From: Chthonomonadales bacterium
Lineage (GTDB): Bacteria; Armatimonadota; Chthonomonadetes; Chthonomonadales; CAJBBX01
Direction: 5' to 3'
NCBI GenBank assembly: GCA_013360745.1
Contig: JABWBA010000004.1
Coordinates: 13,275 to 77,274, forward strand
Length of the DNA: 64,000 nt
This document shows, piece by piece, positions 26,764 to 35,994 of this stretch. Under the pieces are notes generated by a model. That model was not told where the DNA came from, made no database searches, and saw only the letters and a program-made list of their open reading frames with translations. How positions within the stretch are numbered: position 1 is the stretch's first letter; each line of letters opens with the position of its first letter. A program made the translations under genes and the position numbers.

Positions 26764-28544
26764 GCGCCCGGCTCATCACCCTCCAGGCGTGCTTGCTGAC
26801 TGCTCTATGCTACGTCGCTTTCTGGAACGGGCTCGGCCATCTCGACATCACCGATCTGGACGAAGGTCTCTACGCCGCTGCCGCTCGTGACATGGCGCTG
26901 ACGGGAGACTGGATTACGCCGCGCGTCAACGGCGCGCCGTTTTTCGAGAAGCCTCCGTTGCTGTACTGGCTCTCCTCTTCATCGATCCGCTGGCTCGGGC
27001 CGACCGAAGCGGCTGTCCGGACGCCAACCGCCCTCGCCGCCTCCGTCCTCGTATTCATGACATGGCTGGTCGGCATCCGGTATCTGGATCGTCGGGCGGG
27101 CTTCCTGAGCGCGGCGTTCCTGGCCTTGTCCCCGATCTCGGCAGGCTCCGGGCGACTCGTCACTACGGACATGCTGCTCACCCTCACGTTGTCTGCCGGG
27201 ATCCTCCTTCTGTTCGCGGCAAGAAATGCGCGCGGCAGCCGGGCGATACTCGCATCCGCAGCCGTCGGCTTCCTGTGCGGTCTTGCGGTATTGGCCAAAG
27301 GAGCGCCGGGAATCATGATCCCAGCCGGTGTCGTCGGTATCTGGACACTGCTTCGTCGCCGGCGCGGCATCGGCGCGCCATCGATCGTCCGCAACCCGGC
27401 GCTCGCCGGACTCGCGCTTATGGTCTTCCTGGCGACCATGCTCCCGTGGCATTTGGCGGCATGGAGGGCGAATGGTCGGAGCTTTACCGAGGAGTATGTG
27501 CTCCGACAGCACATTGGACGGTTCAAGGGCGGCGATGTTAGCCACCACGCACCGCCCTACTTCTTCATTCCCGGCTTTATTGCGGGGTTTTTCCCGTGGA
27601 GCCTGTTTACTGCCGCGGCTCTCTGCAGCCGGCGAGGAGCCTCACAGATGGCAAACGAGTCTGGAGGAGCATCAGAACCGGCGGAGAATCCCACGGTGGA
27701 ACTCCGATCGCTTCTCAGGACCTGGTTCTGGGTGGTATTCCTCGTATTTTCTGCCAGCGGATCCAAACTGATCAGCTACATCCTCCCGCTCTACCCGCCG
27801 GCAGCGCTTCTGGCGGGCGATTGGGCGACGGCTGCACAGGCATCGGTACGTGGCCGCCGGATCCTGATCACGGGTGGATTCATCGCGGCGACCCTGCTGG
27901 CGTTGACCCTGGGCCTCTTCTCGTGGCCCGATCCTCTCATCCGTATCATCGAGCGGTATGCAAACCGTCCGATCGAGGCGCCGCCGCTGGATGCAGCGAT
28001 ATTGCATACGGTCCAGATTCTAGCCGCAACGGCGGCTGGCGGAGTTCTGTCCTTTTGTGTGTCGATGAGCCTCCGGCGTGCTGCCATCGCATGGACCTCG
28101 CTTCTCGCAGGGATGGCGATGTTCTTAATGATCGCCGTCCATCGAGGCATTCCGCTTATCGACCATGAGACGGTCGGATCACTGCACCGGCTCGCGGCAG
28201 CCGCAGGAGCGCGAGCTGGAGATGAGGCAAGCGTCGCGTTCCTCGTCGGGCCGCCCCGACGACCGAGCGCCCTTTTCTATCTCCCGGACGATTTGCTGAA
28301 GGAACGAAGGGTTACAGAACGCGCCAGAGCGCTGATCGCTACCGTGCCGGCAGGTCGGTCAAGCCCCCGCACGCGTGATCTCTGGGTAGTGGCGCCAAAA
28401 CGCGCGGCCTCGATCCTCAGACAGGCAGGTGCGGTGTGCACTGTCCGCGAATCGGACTATGAGTTGTGGGTGCTTCGCGCCATCCCGCCTTCGAAGCCGT
28501 CCTCAGACCGGCGCTCCCACCGCGAAGAAGGAACAACATCGTGA
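26760..28544 (+). CDS. GT39-family (ArnT/PMT-like) membrane glycosyltransferase, copy 2
   Basis: DEGLYAAAARDMALTGDWITPRVNGAPFFEKPPLLYWL. The GTG start overlaps the upstream stop (GTGA). It is a paralog of the preceding gene. Confidence 0.8.
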   Translation: MSARLITLQACLLTALCYVAFWNGLGHLDITDLDEGLYAAAARDMALTGDWITPRVNGAPFFEKPPLLYWLSSSSIRWLGPTEAAVRTPTALAASVLVFMTWLVGIRYLDRRAGFLSAAFLALSPISAGSGRLVTTDMLLTLTLSAGILLLFAARNARGSRAILASAAVGFLCGLAVLAKGAPGIMIPAGVVGIWTLLRRRRGIGAPSIVRNPALAGLALMVFLATMLPWHLAAWRANGRSFTEEYVLRQHIGRFKGGDVSHHAPPYFFIPGFIAGFFPWSLFTAAALCSRRGASQMANESGGASEPAENPTVELRSLLRTWFWVVFLVFSASGSKLISYILPLYPPAALLAGDWATAAQASVRGRRILITGGFIAATLLALTLGLFSWPDPLIRIIERYANRPIEAPPLDAAILHTVQILAATAAGGVLSFCVSMSLRRAAIAWTSLLAGMAMFLMIAVHRGIPLIDHETVGSLHRLAAAAGARAGDEASVAFLVGPPRRPSALFYLPDDLLKERRVTERARALIATVPAGRSSPRTRDLWVVAPKRAASILRQAGAVCTVRESDYELWVLRAIPPSKPSSDRRSHREEGTTS

Positions 28545-30748
28545 TACTGGCCCCGCTGATGAGTGTCCTGCCACTGATGGTCCCGGACCTGCCAACGGGT
28601 CCGACGCCTCTGCCGGCGCCGATGCGCCATTTCCCCGATCGGCTCCATGCCTTCGTCTGGCGCAACTGGCAACTTGCGCCCGCAAACCGCATGGCGAAGG
28701 TGGTCGGCGCCCGGACTGCCGATATCGTCCAGCTCGGACGTTCGATGGGACTGACGGGTCCGCCCCGTATCAGCCCCGATCAGTTCCGAAGGTCCCACGT
28801 CTCGATCATTCGTCGAAACTGGCACATCCTCCCCTATGAGCAGCTGCTGACGCTCCTTGGCTGGACCTCGGCTCAGCTAGCCTATGCTCTGCGTGAGGAC
28901 GACTTCCTCTACATCAAGCTCGGGAGTCTCAAGCCGCAGTGCGATCCGCTGGTCTTCCATGCGCCCGATGCCCATGCACAGCTTCAGGCTGCTCGGATCG
29001 CTGCGTCTCTGAAGGAGCTCTTCCCGAACGGCGTCGGGATGATGCCGAAAGCGCCCTTCTCCTTTGTCAAGGAGCTGAGCACAGGACCTGTTGATCGGGG
29101 GTCTTCGGCGAGAGATCGCCCTCCACGATATTGCTACTCCTATTTCGGTCTGTACGGCGATCCATTCGGCCCGGAGGCCGGTGACCCGTATCCGCCCGCC
29201 TATCTGACCCGGCTATCCCGTCTCGGGGTCAACGGAGTCTGGTTGCAGGCGGTGCTGCCACAGCTCCATCCGCTGCCCTGGGCTCCTGAGCTCAGCCAGG
29301 GAGCCGAAGTCCGCCTCAAGAAGCTCGGCGCTATGGCGCGGCAGGCTCGGCGGAGCGGGATCGGCCTGTACCTCTATCTCAACGAGCCCCGTGCCATGCC
29401 GCTGAGCTTCTATGCACATCACCCTGAGCTGAAAGGCGCGGACGAAGGGGACCACGCAGCCCTATGCACCAGCGCCGAACCGGTTCGCCGATACCTCACC
29501 GATGCCATCGAAGCGATTTGCCGCGCTGCGCCCGATCTGGCGGGTTTCTTCACCATCTCGATGTCCGAGAATCTCACCAACTGCTTTTCGCATGGCGGCG
29601 CGGCCCGTTGCCCCCGATGCTCTACGCGGACCGGCAGCGAGGTTATCGGTGAACTCCACGAGGCGCTATGGAACGGCATACGCAATGCGGACGGACAGCA
29701 GCAGCTAATCGCCTGGGATTGGGGCTGGCCGGACGCATGGGCTCAGGACGCGATCGCGCACCTGCCGACGGGCGTCACCTTCATGAGCGTTTCCGAATGG
29801 AGCCTCCCCATCACGAGAGGCGGGGTGGCCTCAGAGGTGGGCGAATACTCGATCAGCTCGGTCGGACCCGGTCCGCGCGCCGAACGCCACTGGGCCTGCG
29901 CGCAGGAGCGCGGACTGAAAACCCTGGCCAAGGTACAGGCAGGTGCGACCTGGGAGATGTCCGCCATGCCCTATGTGCCCGTACTGCGGCTGATCGCTGA
30001 GCACGCTGCCAACCTGCGGCGGGCCGGCGTCCAGGGCGCCATGCTCGGATGGACCCTTGGCGGATATCCATCGCCCAATCTCGAGGTGTTCAACCGGGTA
30101 CTCGACGGCGAGGATCCGGAGCGCTCTCTACAGGCGGTAGCCGAGAAACGATATGGCAAGGACGCCGCGGATGAAGTCGTACGGGCCTGGGACGACATGA
30201 GCCAATCGTTCCGGGAGTTCCCTTATCACATCGGCGTTGTATACACCGGTCCGCAGCAGCTCGGGCCAGCGAATCCTCTCTGGTTGGAGCCGACCGGGTA
30301 TCGAGCCACCATGGTAGGTTTCCCCTATGACGACCTCGACGCCTGGCGATCCATCTATCCGCCTGATGTCTTCATCGCGCAAATGGACAAGACGGCCGCA
30401 GGATTCACCACGGCCGCCAATCGGTTAGAGGCGTTGTCCGATCGTGGCGTCGGCAGCCACTCCGCAGTACAGCTCGAGGCCGGCCTCGCGCGTGCGTGTG
30501 CGATCCACTTCACATCTGTGGCCGATCAGGCCCGATTCATCCTCCGACGTAGTCAGGCTAGAACAGATACAGTGCGTGATGAGCTGAGAGACATCCTGCA
30601 TCGCGAGATCGAGCGGGCGCGCCGACTCTACAACCTCCAATGCGAAGACCCGCGTATCGGGTTCGAAGCAACCAATCAGTACTACTACCTGCCGCTGGAC
30701 CTCGTCGAAAAAGCCCTCAACTGCAGAGAACTGCTCTCCAGACTCTAG
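28541..30748 (+). CDS. Hypothetical protein, putative clan GH-A-like TIM-barrel glycoside hydrolase
   Basis: LGVNGVWLQAV...GIGLYLYLNEPRAM (an NEP acid/base-like motif) and ...FMSVSEWS. The start is uncertain: GTG 28541 overlapping the upstream stop, or ATG 28559. Confidence 0.55.
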   Translation: MILAPLMSVLPLMVPDLPTGPTPLPAPMRHFPDRLHAFVWRNWQLAPANRMAKVVGARTADIVQLGRSMGLTGPPRISPDQFRRSHVSIIRRNWHILPYEQLLTLLGWTSAQLAYALREDDFLYIKLGSLKPQCDPLVFHAPDAHAQLQAARIAASLKELFPNGVGMMPKAPFSFVKELSTGPVDRGSSARDRPPRYCYSYFGLYGDPFGPEAGDPYPPAYLTRLSRLGVNGVWLQAVLPQLHPLPWAPELSQGAEVRLKKLGAMARQARRSGIGLYLYLNEPRAMPLSFYAHHPELKGADEGDHAALCTSAEPVRRYLTDAIEAICRAAPDLAGFFTISMSENLTNCFSHGGAARCPRCSTRTGSEVIGELHEALWNGIRNADGQQQLIAWDWGWPDAWAQDAIAHLPTGVTFMSVSEWSLPITRGGVASEVGEYSISSVGPGPRAERHWACAQERGLKTLAKVQAGATWEMSAMPYVPVLRLIAEHAANLRRAGVQGAMLGWTLGGYPSPNLEVFNRVLDGEDPERSLQAVAEKRYGKDAADEVVRAWDDMSQSFREFPYHIGVVYTGPQQLGPANPLWLEPTGYRATMVGFPYDDLDAWRSIYPPDVFIAQMDKTAAGFTTAANRLEALSDRGVGSHSAVQLEAGLARACAIHFTSVADQARFILRRSQARTDTVRDELRDILHREIERARRLYNLQCEDPRIGFEATNQYYYLPLDLVEKALNCRELLSRL

Positions 30749-30754
30749 CGCCTG

Positions 30755-31066
30755 CTAGAGGAGCCGCACTTCGACACGGATGCCGATCGTTGCGATGATA
30801 CCGGCGGCGCGATGGCACTCCTCCTCGCCGCCGTGGTGCACGATGGACCGTCCGAGGTTGTGGATCTCCCAGGTCTCCATGGCGGCCTCCTGAGAACTGC
30901 ACGCAGTCGCCACGATCAGGATATTGATCACCTCATCGATCGTATTGGTATCGTTATCATATACGATGACGATGTATTCGGATCCGCCTGTTGACGTGTC
31001 CGCCGGGCTGATCTCCGGCACGCTCTTAACACCCATAGCATAAAGCGTACCCGCCTCCTCCGACAA
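30755..31066 (-). CDS. clpS: ATP-dependent Clp protease adaptor ClpS-like protein
   Basis: YIVIVYDNDTNTIDEVINILI...SSQEAAMETWEIHNLGRSIV follows the ClpS core pattern (Y.V.L.ND..T....V...L......A......H..G). Confidence 0.75.
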   Translation of the reverse strand: MSEEAGTLYAMGVKSVPEISPADTSTGGSEYIVIVYDNDTNTIDEVINILIVATACSSQEAAMETWEIHNLGRSIVHHGGEEECHRAAGIIATIGIRVEVRLL

Positions 31067-31203
31067 CTTTGCCAGATGAACGACTGACTTCGCGTTGACG
31101 CGACAGTCCTTAGCCCACGAGGCACTCGTTGGAGATGAGCGGCTCCGGCTGGCGTGTCAACGAACAGGGGGCTGGGCGTATGGGCGGCATCACGATGGGA
31201 TTA

Positions 31204-31233
31204 TTGACCTGCGTCCTGCCGTGCGGCTATAAT
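31204..31233 (+). promoter_or_regulatory. Sigma70-type promoter upstream of secDF
   Basis: TTGACC (31204-31209), an 18-nt spacer, then TATAAT (31228-31233). The predicted leader starts with the hairpin GAGCCGTC-N14-GACGGCTC (31245-31274). Confidence 0.6.
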
Positions 31234-31338
31234 GCTCGACTTGTGAGCCGTCGATGCATGTCTCAGGACGGCTCTTCCGTGATTGATGCCGCCTCGATAT
31301 GGTCGAACGGCTAAGCCCTAATCTTAAGGACTGCAACT

Positions 31339-33795
31339 TTGAAGAACATCCACTGGCGCCTGTTCGCTCTGATTCTACTGCTCGTCGCGGGCTCTATCTA
31401 CGCCGCGGTCGTGATGCGCCCGCGACTGGGCCTGGACATCCAGGGCGGAATGAGGGTCGTGCTGCGGGCAAAGAAGGAAGATCTGCGGCACGGCAAGTGG
31501 TCTCGGGAAAGTCTTGATACAATCGCCAACATCATCCGGAGTCGCGTGGATGCTCTTGGCGTCGCGGAGCCGGTGATCTACACCAAACCGGATAGCGATC
31601 AGGTCATCGTCGAGCTGCCGGGCATCCGAGATAAGCAGCAGGCTCTGCAGGCGATTCAGACTACGGCCAGATTGGAGTTTCGGTACGTAGAAGAGCTGGA
31701 ACGGGACTGGCAGTTTGATCCCGAAGTGATCGGCGGTAAAGAGACCGGTTACCAGGTCATCACAGGACCAAACGGACCGATCTCCGAAGAAGAGCTTAAT
31801 GCCCGTGTCTTCTCGAAGGAGCCGGTTCTCGCCGGTGACGAGCTCGAGCCGAACTCACGGGCTGAACTGACCAGCCAGGGTACCGTCATCCACTTTGAGT
31901 TCAAGGGTCCGAGCAAACGCGTCTTCGAGAGCTTCACCCGATCCCACATCGGAAAGAAGCTGGCGATCTTCCTGGACAAGAAGCTGATCTCCGCTCCCGG
32001 CATCGATGAGCCCATTCCCGGGGTCGGCATCATTCGCGGCAGCTTTACACCGGAGCAGGCCCGGATGCTGGCCGGACAGCTCAACGCTGGCGCCCTGCCG
32101 GTCCCCCTGGAACTCATGCAGCAGCAGACCCTTGAGGCCACCCTCGGCCGTGAAGCCATGCACCAGACCCTCTTCGCGGGCATCATCGGCCTCGCCATCG
32201 TCCTGATCTACATGATCCTCTACTACCGGCTTCCCGGTGTCCTTGCCTCGATCGCGCTGCTCCTCTACACCCTTTTTGCCTACGCGGTGTTCGTCGGCGG
32301 TCTTTCCTGGCTCGGATTCCCCGGCGTCACCATGACGGTGCCGGGCATTGCGGGCTTCATTCTCTCCATCGGAATGGCCGTCGATGCGAATATTCTGATA
32401 TTCGAACGGATGCGCGAAGAACGGGTATCGGGCAAGTCGATCCGCGCCTCCATCGAAGCAGGCTTCAAGCGCGCCTTCACCGCGATCTTTGATTCGAACG
32501 TCTGTACGATGATCACGTGCGTGATCCTGTATTCGCTCGGCACCGGCGCTGTCCGGGGCTTCGCGATCACGCTCGGCATCGGCGTCGTGTTATCGATGTT
32601 CACCGCCATCACATGCTCCCGCACGTTCCTTCTGATCCTTGCGGGTACGCCATTGGGCCAGAATGATCGGTTCTACACCCTTCGGAACCATATGGAACCC
32701 CGGCTCCACGTTTCCAAGAGGATTCCGCTCTGGTTCGGGATATCCGCCGCCCTGATGGTGCCCGGATTGATCGCATGGATCGGACTGAACGGCATCAAGT
32801 ACAGCATCGAGTTCACAGGCGGTACGGAAGCCATCGTTCGATTTGACAAGCGGGTTACTGCCGGCGATATCACATCCGCGATGAATAAGGCCGGTTTCGA
32901 GGATGCCCGCGTCGTTCTGGCCGAAGGCAATCGAGCGTTCATCACGACTGCTGCACTGAAGGATCCGAAGGATCAGGCAAGATCCCGCGCAGCCATCGAG
33001 AACCTCAACGGCCACATCGAATCGCTTTCGTCCGTTAGCGGAGCGATCAGCCGAGAACTCCGCACCAATGCGTTCTGGGCGGTTCTGCTTGCCTCAGGGG
33101 TCATTGTCGTCTATCTGGCTATCCGCTTTGCCATCGGCGGTCTAATGGAGGGATTCAAGTTCGGCGTATGCGCCATCGCCGCTACCCTCCACGATGTCGC
33201 CATCCTGTGGGGACTATTCGCCCTGTTTGGGCTCCTACTCGGTTGGCAGGTTGATCTGCTGTTCATCACTGCGCTGTTGACTACGATCGGTTTCTCCACG
33301 CACGATACGATCGTGATCTTCGATCGACTGCGCGAGAACCTGCGGCTGAAATCCCGCTCGGACACCTTTGCCGACGTGACCGACCGGAGCGTCGATCAGA
33401 CCTTTGCCCGATCGATCAATACCTCAGTTACGGTGATGATCACCCTGACGGCTCTGCTGATCTGGGGCGGTCCGGTTATTCGCGTGTTCGGTGCAGCCCT
33501 GCTGATTGGTGTGATTATCGGCACCTATTCGTCCATTTTTAACGCCAGTCCACTACTGGTGATCTGGCGCCGAGTCGCGGCAAACCGCCAGACAGCTGCC
33601 GCAGGATCAAGCCAGGCCGCTCGACCCGCTCAGCGCGTAGCCCAGCCGACCTCACGGACATCATCCGCGTCCGATCGTCCTGCCTCCGCGGCCGATCCCG
33701 CATCGGAAGCCGCTGCCACGCCACACCCACGGCCAGCCGGGCCGGGTCCTGCAGCGGCCAAAGCCAGATCGGCAAAGCGCAAACGCCGTATGTGA
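31339..33795 (+). CDS. secDF: Fused protein-export membrane protein SecDF
   Basis: The SecD periplasmic domain plus 12 TM segments with SecD and SecF motifs form one 818-aa ORF. TTG start behind AAGGA. The C-terminus has a Pro/Ala/Ser-rich tail ending KRKRRM. Confidence 0.9.
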   Translation: MKNIHWRLFALILLLVAGSIYAAVVMRPRLGLDIQGGMRVVLRAKKEDLRHGKWSRESLDTIANIIRSRVDALGVAEPVIYTKPDSDQVIVELPGIRDKQQALQAIQTTARLEFRYVEELERDWQFDPEVIGGKETGYQVITGPNGPISEEELNARVFSKEPVLAGDELEPNSRAELTSQGTVIHFEFKGPSKRVFESFTRSHIGKKLAIFLDKKLISAPGIDEPIPGVGIIRGSFTPEQARMLAGQLNAGALPVPLELMQQQTLEATLGREAMHQTLFAGIIGLAIVLIYMILYYRLPGVLASIALLLYTLFAYAVFVGGLSWLGFPGVTMTVPGIAGFILSIGMAVDANILIFERMREERVSGKSIRASIEAGFKRAFTAIFDSNVCTMITCVILYSLGTGAVRGFAITLGIGVVLSMFTAITCSRTFLLILAGTPLGQNDRFYTLRNHMEPRLHVSKRIPLWFGISAALMVPGLIAWIGLNGIKYSIEFTGGTEAIVRFDKRVTAGDITSAMNKAGFEDARVVLAEGNRAFITTAALKDPKDQARSRAAIENLNGHIESLSSVSGAISRELRTNAFWAVLLASGVIVVYLAIRFAIGGLMEGFKFGVCAIAATLHDVAILWGLFALFGLLLGWQVDLLFITALLTTIGFSTHDTIVIFDRLRENLRLKSRSDTFADVTDRSVDQTFARSINTSVTVMITLTALLIWGGPVIRVFGAALLIGVIIGTYSSIFNASPLLVIWRRVAANRQTAAAGSSQAARPAQRVAQPTSRTSSASDRPASAADPASEAAATPHPRPAGPGPAAAKARSAKRKRRM

Positions 33796-33934
33796 TCGGA
33801 TCTCCCTGACTGCGGAGATCATCCGCGGTTAGAAACCGTAAGCACAACCTGGCAGCCTGGTTTACCTCGCCGTAGAGGTGGACAGGCTGCCGTCGCATTC
33901 AACCCAATACACTTCTGAGGTTCTTGTCGATACA

Positions 33935-34204
33935 ATGAGCGATAATCCCATAACGACCCCGACGCCCCGTCGGCGGATTCCGGTCAGGCTGATCGTCTTC
34001 GTTCTTCTTGCGGTCGGCCTTGTTGCGTTCGCCTATCTGAATACCGATCCGATCCGCGTACGCCCCTTCGGGGAAGCGCCGCTCTGGCAGATCATGCTCC
34101 TTCCGTTCGGCGCCGGTACCATTGTTGGATGGACCGTTCGGTCGAAGTTCCGATTTCGGAACGACGCTCCGAACAGAGCCAGCGCAGCGAACCGGTCCGA
34201 ATAG
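33935..34204 (+). CDS. LapA-domain-like small membrane protein
   Basis: 89 aa with two TM segments (IPVRLIVFVLLAVGLVAFAYLN... and LWQIMLLPFGAGTIVGW). Start set at ATG 33935. Confidence 0.5.
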   Translation: MSDNPITTPTPRRRIPVRLIVFVLLAVGLVAFAYLNTDPIRVRPFGEAPLWQIMLLPFGAGTIVGWTVRSKFRFRNDAPNRASAANRSE

Positions 34205-34239
34205 CCAGAGGATTCTCAGGACGCAAGGACGCTCGGGCC

Positions 34240-35994
34240 ATGATCGTACCGGACCAAAACACACGCTGGTTCGTCGCGCCTCGTAAGCCCGAGGCCGAGA
34301 CACTCGCGCGGGAGACTGGATGCCCGCCGCTGACCGCCCATATCCTGCAGCAGCGCGGCATCGAGACGGCATCCGAGATCATGGCCTATCTTCATCCATC
34401 CTATGATCACCTCGCCGATCCGGCGCTTCTCCCCGACGCCGACCTCGCAGTAAGGCGGCTGAGAAAGGCCCTGGAGCAAGAGGAGATCATCTACATCCAC
34501 GGCGACTACGACAGCGACGGCATCACGTCCGCCGCGCTATGGACGAGGCTGTTGGAAATGCTCGGGGGCAGGGTGTTGACCCATGTGCCCCATCGGTTAC
34601 GAGACGGCTACGACGTTCGGTCCGGTTTCATCGAGACAGCCCGGACAGCAGGCGCTGCGTTGATCGTTACTGCCGATTGCGGAAGCCAACGCCACGAGGA
34701 GGCCGCCGCTGCCGCACGCTCGGGTATCGATGTCCTCATCACCGATCACCACGAGGTAGGCAGGACGCTCCCGAAGGCGGTGGCGGTTGTCAATCCCCAG
34801 CGGGCCGACTCAAAGTACCCCTTCCGGCACCTCTCCGGTGTTGGAGTCTCGTTCCGCCTCCTCGAGCTCCTGGTCCGGGATCTCGCGCTCCCCGTAGGGA
34901 AGTACCGTGATGCGTTCGTCGAGCTTGCCGCGATCGGGACCATCACGGACGTCATGCCGTTGCTGGGCGAAAACCGTGTAATCGCAAAGGCGGGCTTGAG
35001 CGCGATGGGTTCGACTCGGAGACGCGGACTCCGAGCGTTGATGAGGGTCGCTGGCCTGGCTGACGCAAAGCCTGTCGCCAGTTCTGATATCGGGTTCATG
35101 ATTGGTCCGCGCATCAACGCCATCGGCAGGATTGATGAGCCCAGCAAAGCGCTCGAACTCCTGCTGACAAGGGATGATGCGACCGCTCAGGCCCTGGCTG
35201 TCGAGCTAGATCAGGCCAATAGGGACCGTAGAGAGCAGGAGGCCGCGATTCTGGCTGATGCCATACGCTTGATCGAGGACGCCCACAGCCATCCTACACC
35301 ATGCATCGTACTCGCCGCTCCCGGCTGGCACAGAGGGATCATCGGCATTGTAGCCAGCAGGCTCGTGGAACGCTATTACCGTCCGACGGCGCTGATCTCG
35401 ACCGATCCGGAAACCGGAATAGGCCGGGGATCATGCCGGAGCATACCGTGTTTCAATATCCACGAGGCCCTGCTGGAGTGCTCTGACTATCTCATCGAGT
35501 TCGGCGGCCACGCACATGCCGCGGGATTCAGCATCGCTGCCGACGCCATTCCCTCATTTCGGGAGGCGCTGAACAAGGCGGCTATGGAACGCCTCAACCC
35601 GGAGGACCTGGTTCCCAGCGTTGCGATCGACGCCGAGATCGCCCTGGCGGACCTTGACCGCCAGCTCCTTCAAACATTCGCGGATATGGAGCCATTCGGT
35701 CATGGCAACGATGAACCTCGTCTCGGGACCTTCGGTGTGCCCGTTCGAAGCAGCCGACGGATCGGTAAAGACGGAGCCCACCTTCGTCTTGAGCTCGGAT
35801 CACGGAGCGATCCTCCGACATCCGCAGTGATGTGGCATCGAGGCGACTGGGCCGATCGGATCTCCCCGAACTCCCGCATCGATCTCTGCTATCACATCCG
35901 CCCTGATCACTACCGGGGCCCCGAACGGATCCAACTCCGCCTCCTGGCGGTTCGACCGGCCGCAGACCACCCAAGAAAGGAGTTATCGCGATGA
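34240..35994 (+). CDS. recJ: Single-stranded-DNA-specific exonuclease RecJ
   Basis: DHH motifs (IYIHGDYDSDGITS, ADCGS, VLITDHH) and a DHHA1 region (GGHAHAAGFS). Start at ATG 34240. Confidence 0.9.
   Translation: MIVPDQNTRWFVAPRKPEAETLARETGCPPLTAHILQQRGIETASEIMAYLHPSYDHLADPALLPDADLAVRRLRKALEQEEIIYIHGDYDSDGITSAALWTRLLEMLGGRVLTHVPHRLRDGYDVRSGFIETARTAGAALIVTADCGSQRHEEAAAAARSGIDVLITDHHEVGRTLPKAVAVVNPQRADSKYPFRHLSGVGVSFRLLELLVRDLALPVGKYRDAFVELAAIGTITDVMPLLGENRVIAKAGLSAMGSTRRRGLRALMRVAGLADAKPVASSDIGFMIGPRINAIGRIDEPSKALELLLTRDDATAQALAVELDQANRDRREQEAAILADAIRLIEDAHSHPTPCIVLAAPGWHRGIIGIVASRLVERYYRPTALISTDPETGIGRGSCRSIPCFNIHEALLECSDYLIEFGGHAHAAGFSIAADAIPSFREALNKAAMERLNPEDLVPSVAIDAEIALADLDRQLLQTFADMEPFGHGNDEPRLGTFGVPVRSSRRIGKDGAHLRLELGSRSDPPTSAVMWHRGDWADRISPNSRIDLCYHIRPDHYRGPERIQLRLLAVRPAADHPRKELSR

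Noticed and set aside
31129-31314. 61-aa plus-strand ORF between clpS and secDF
   Set aside because: It spans the predicted secDF promoter and leader hairpin, and has no RBS and an implausible composition.
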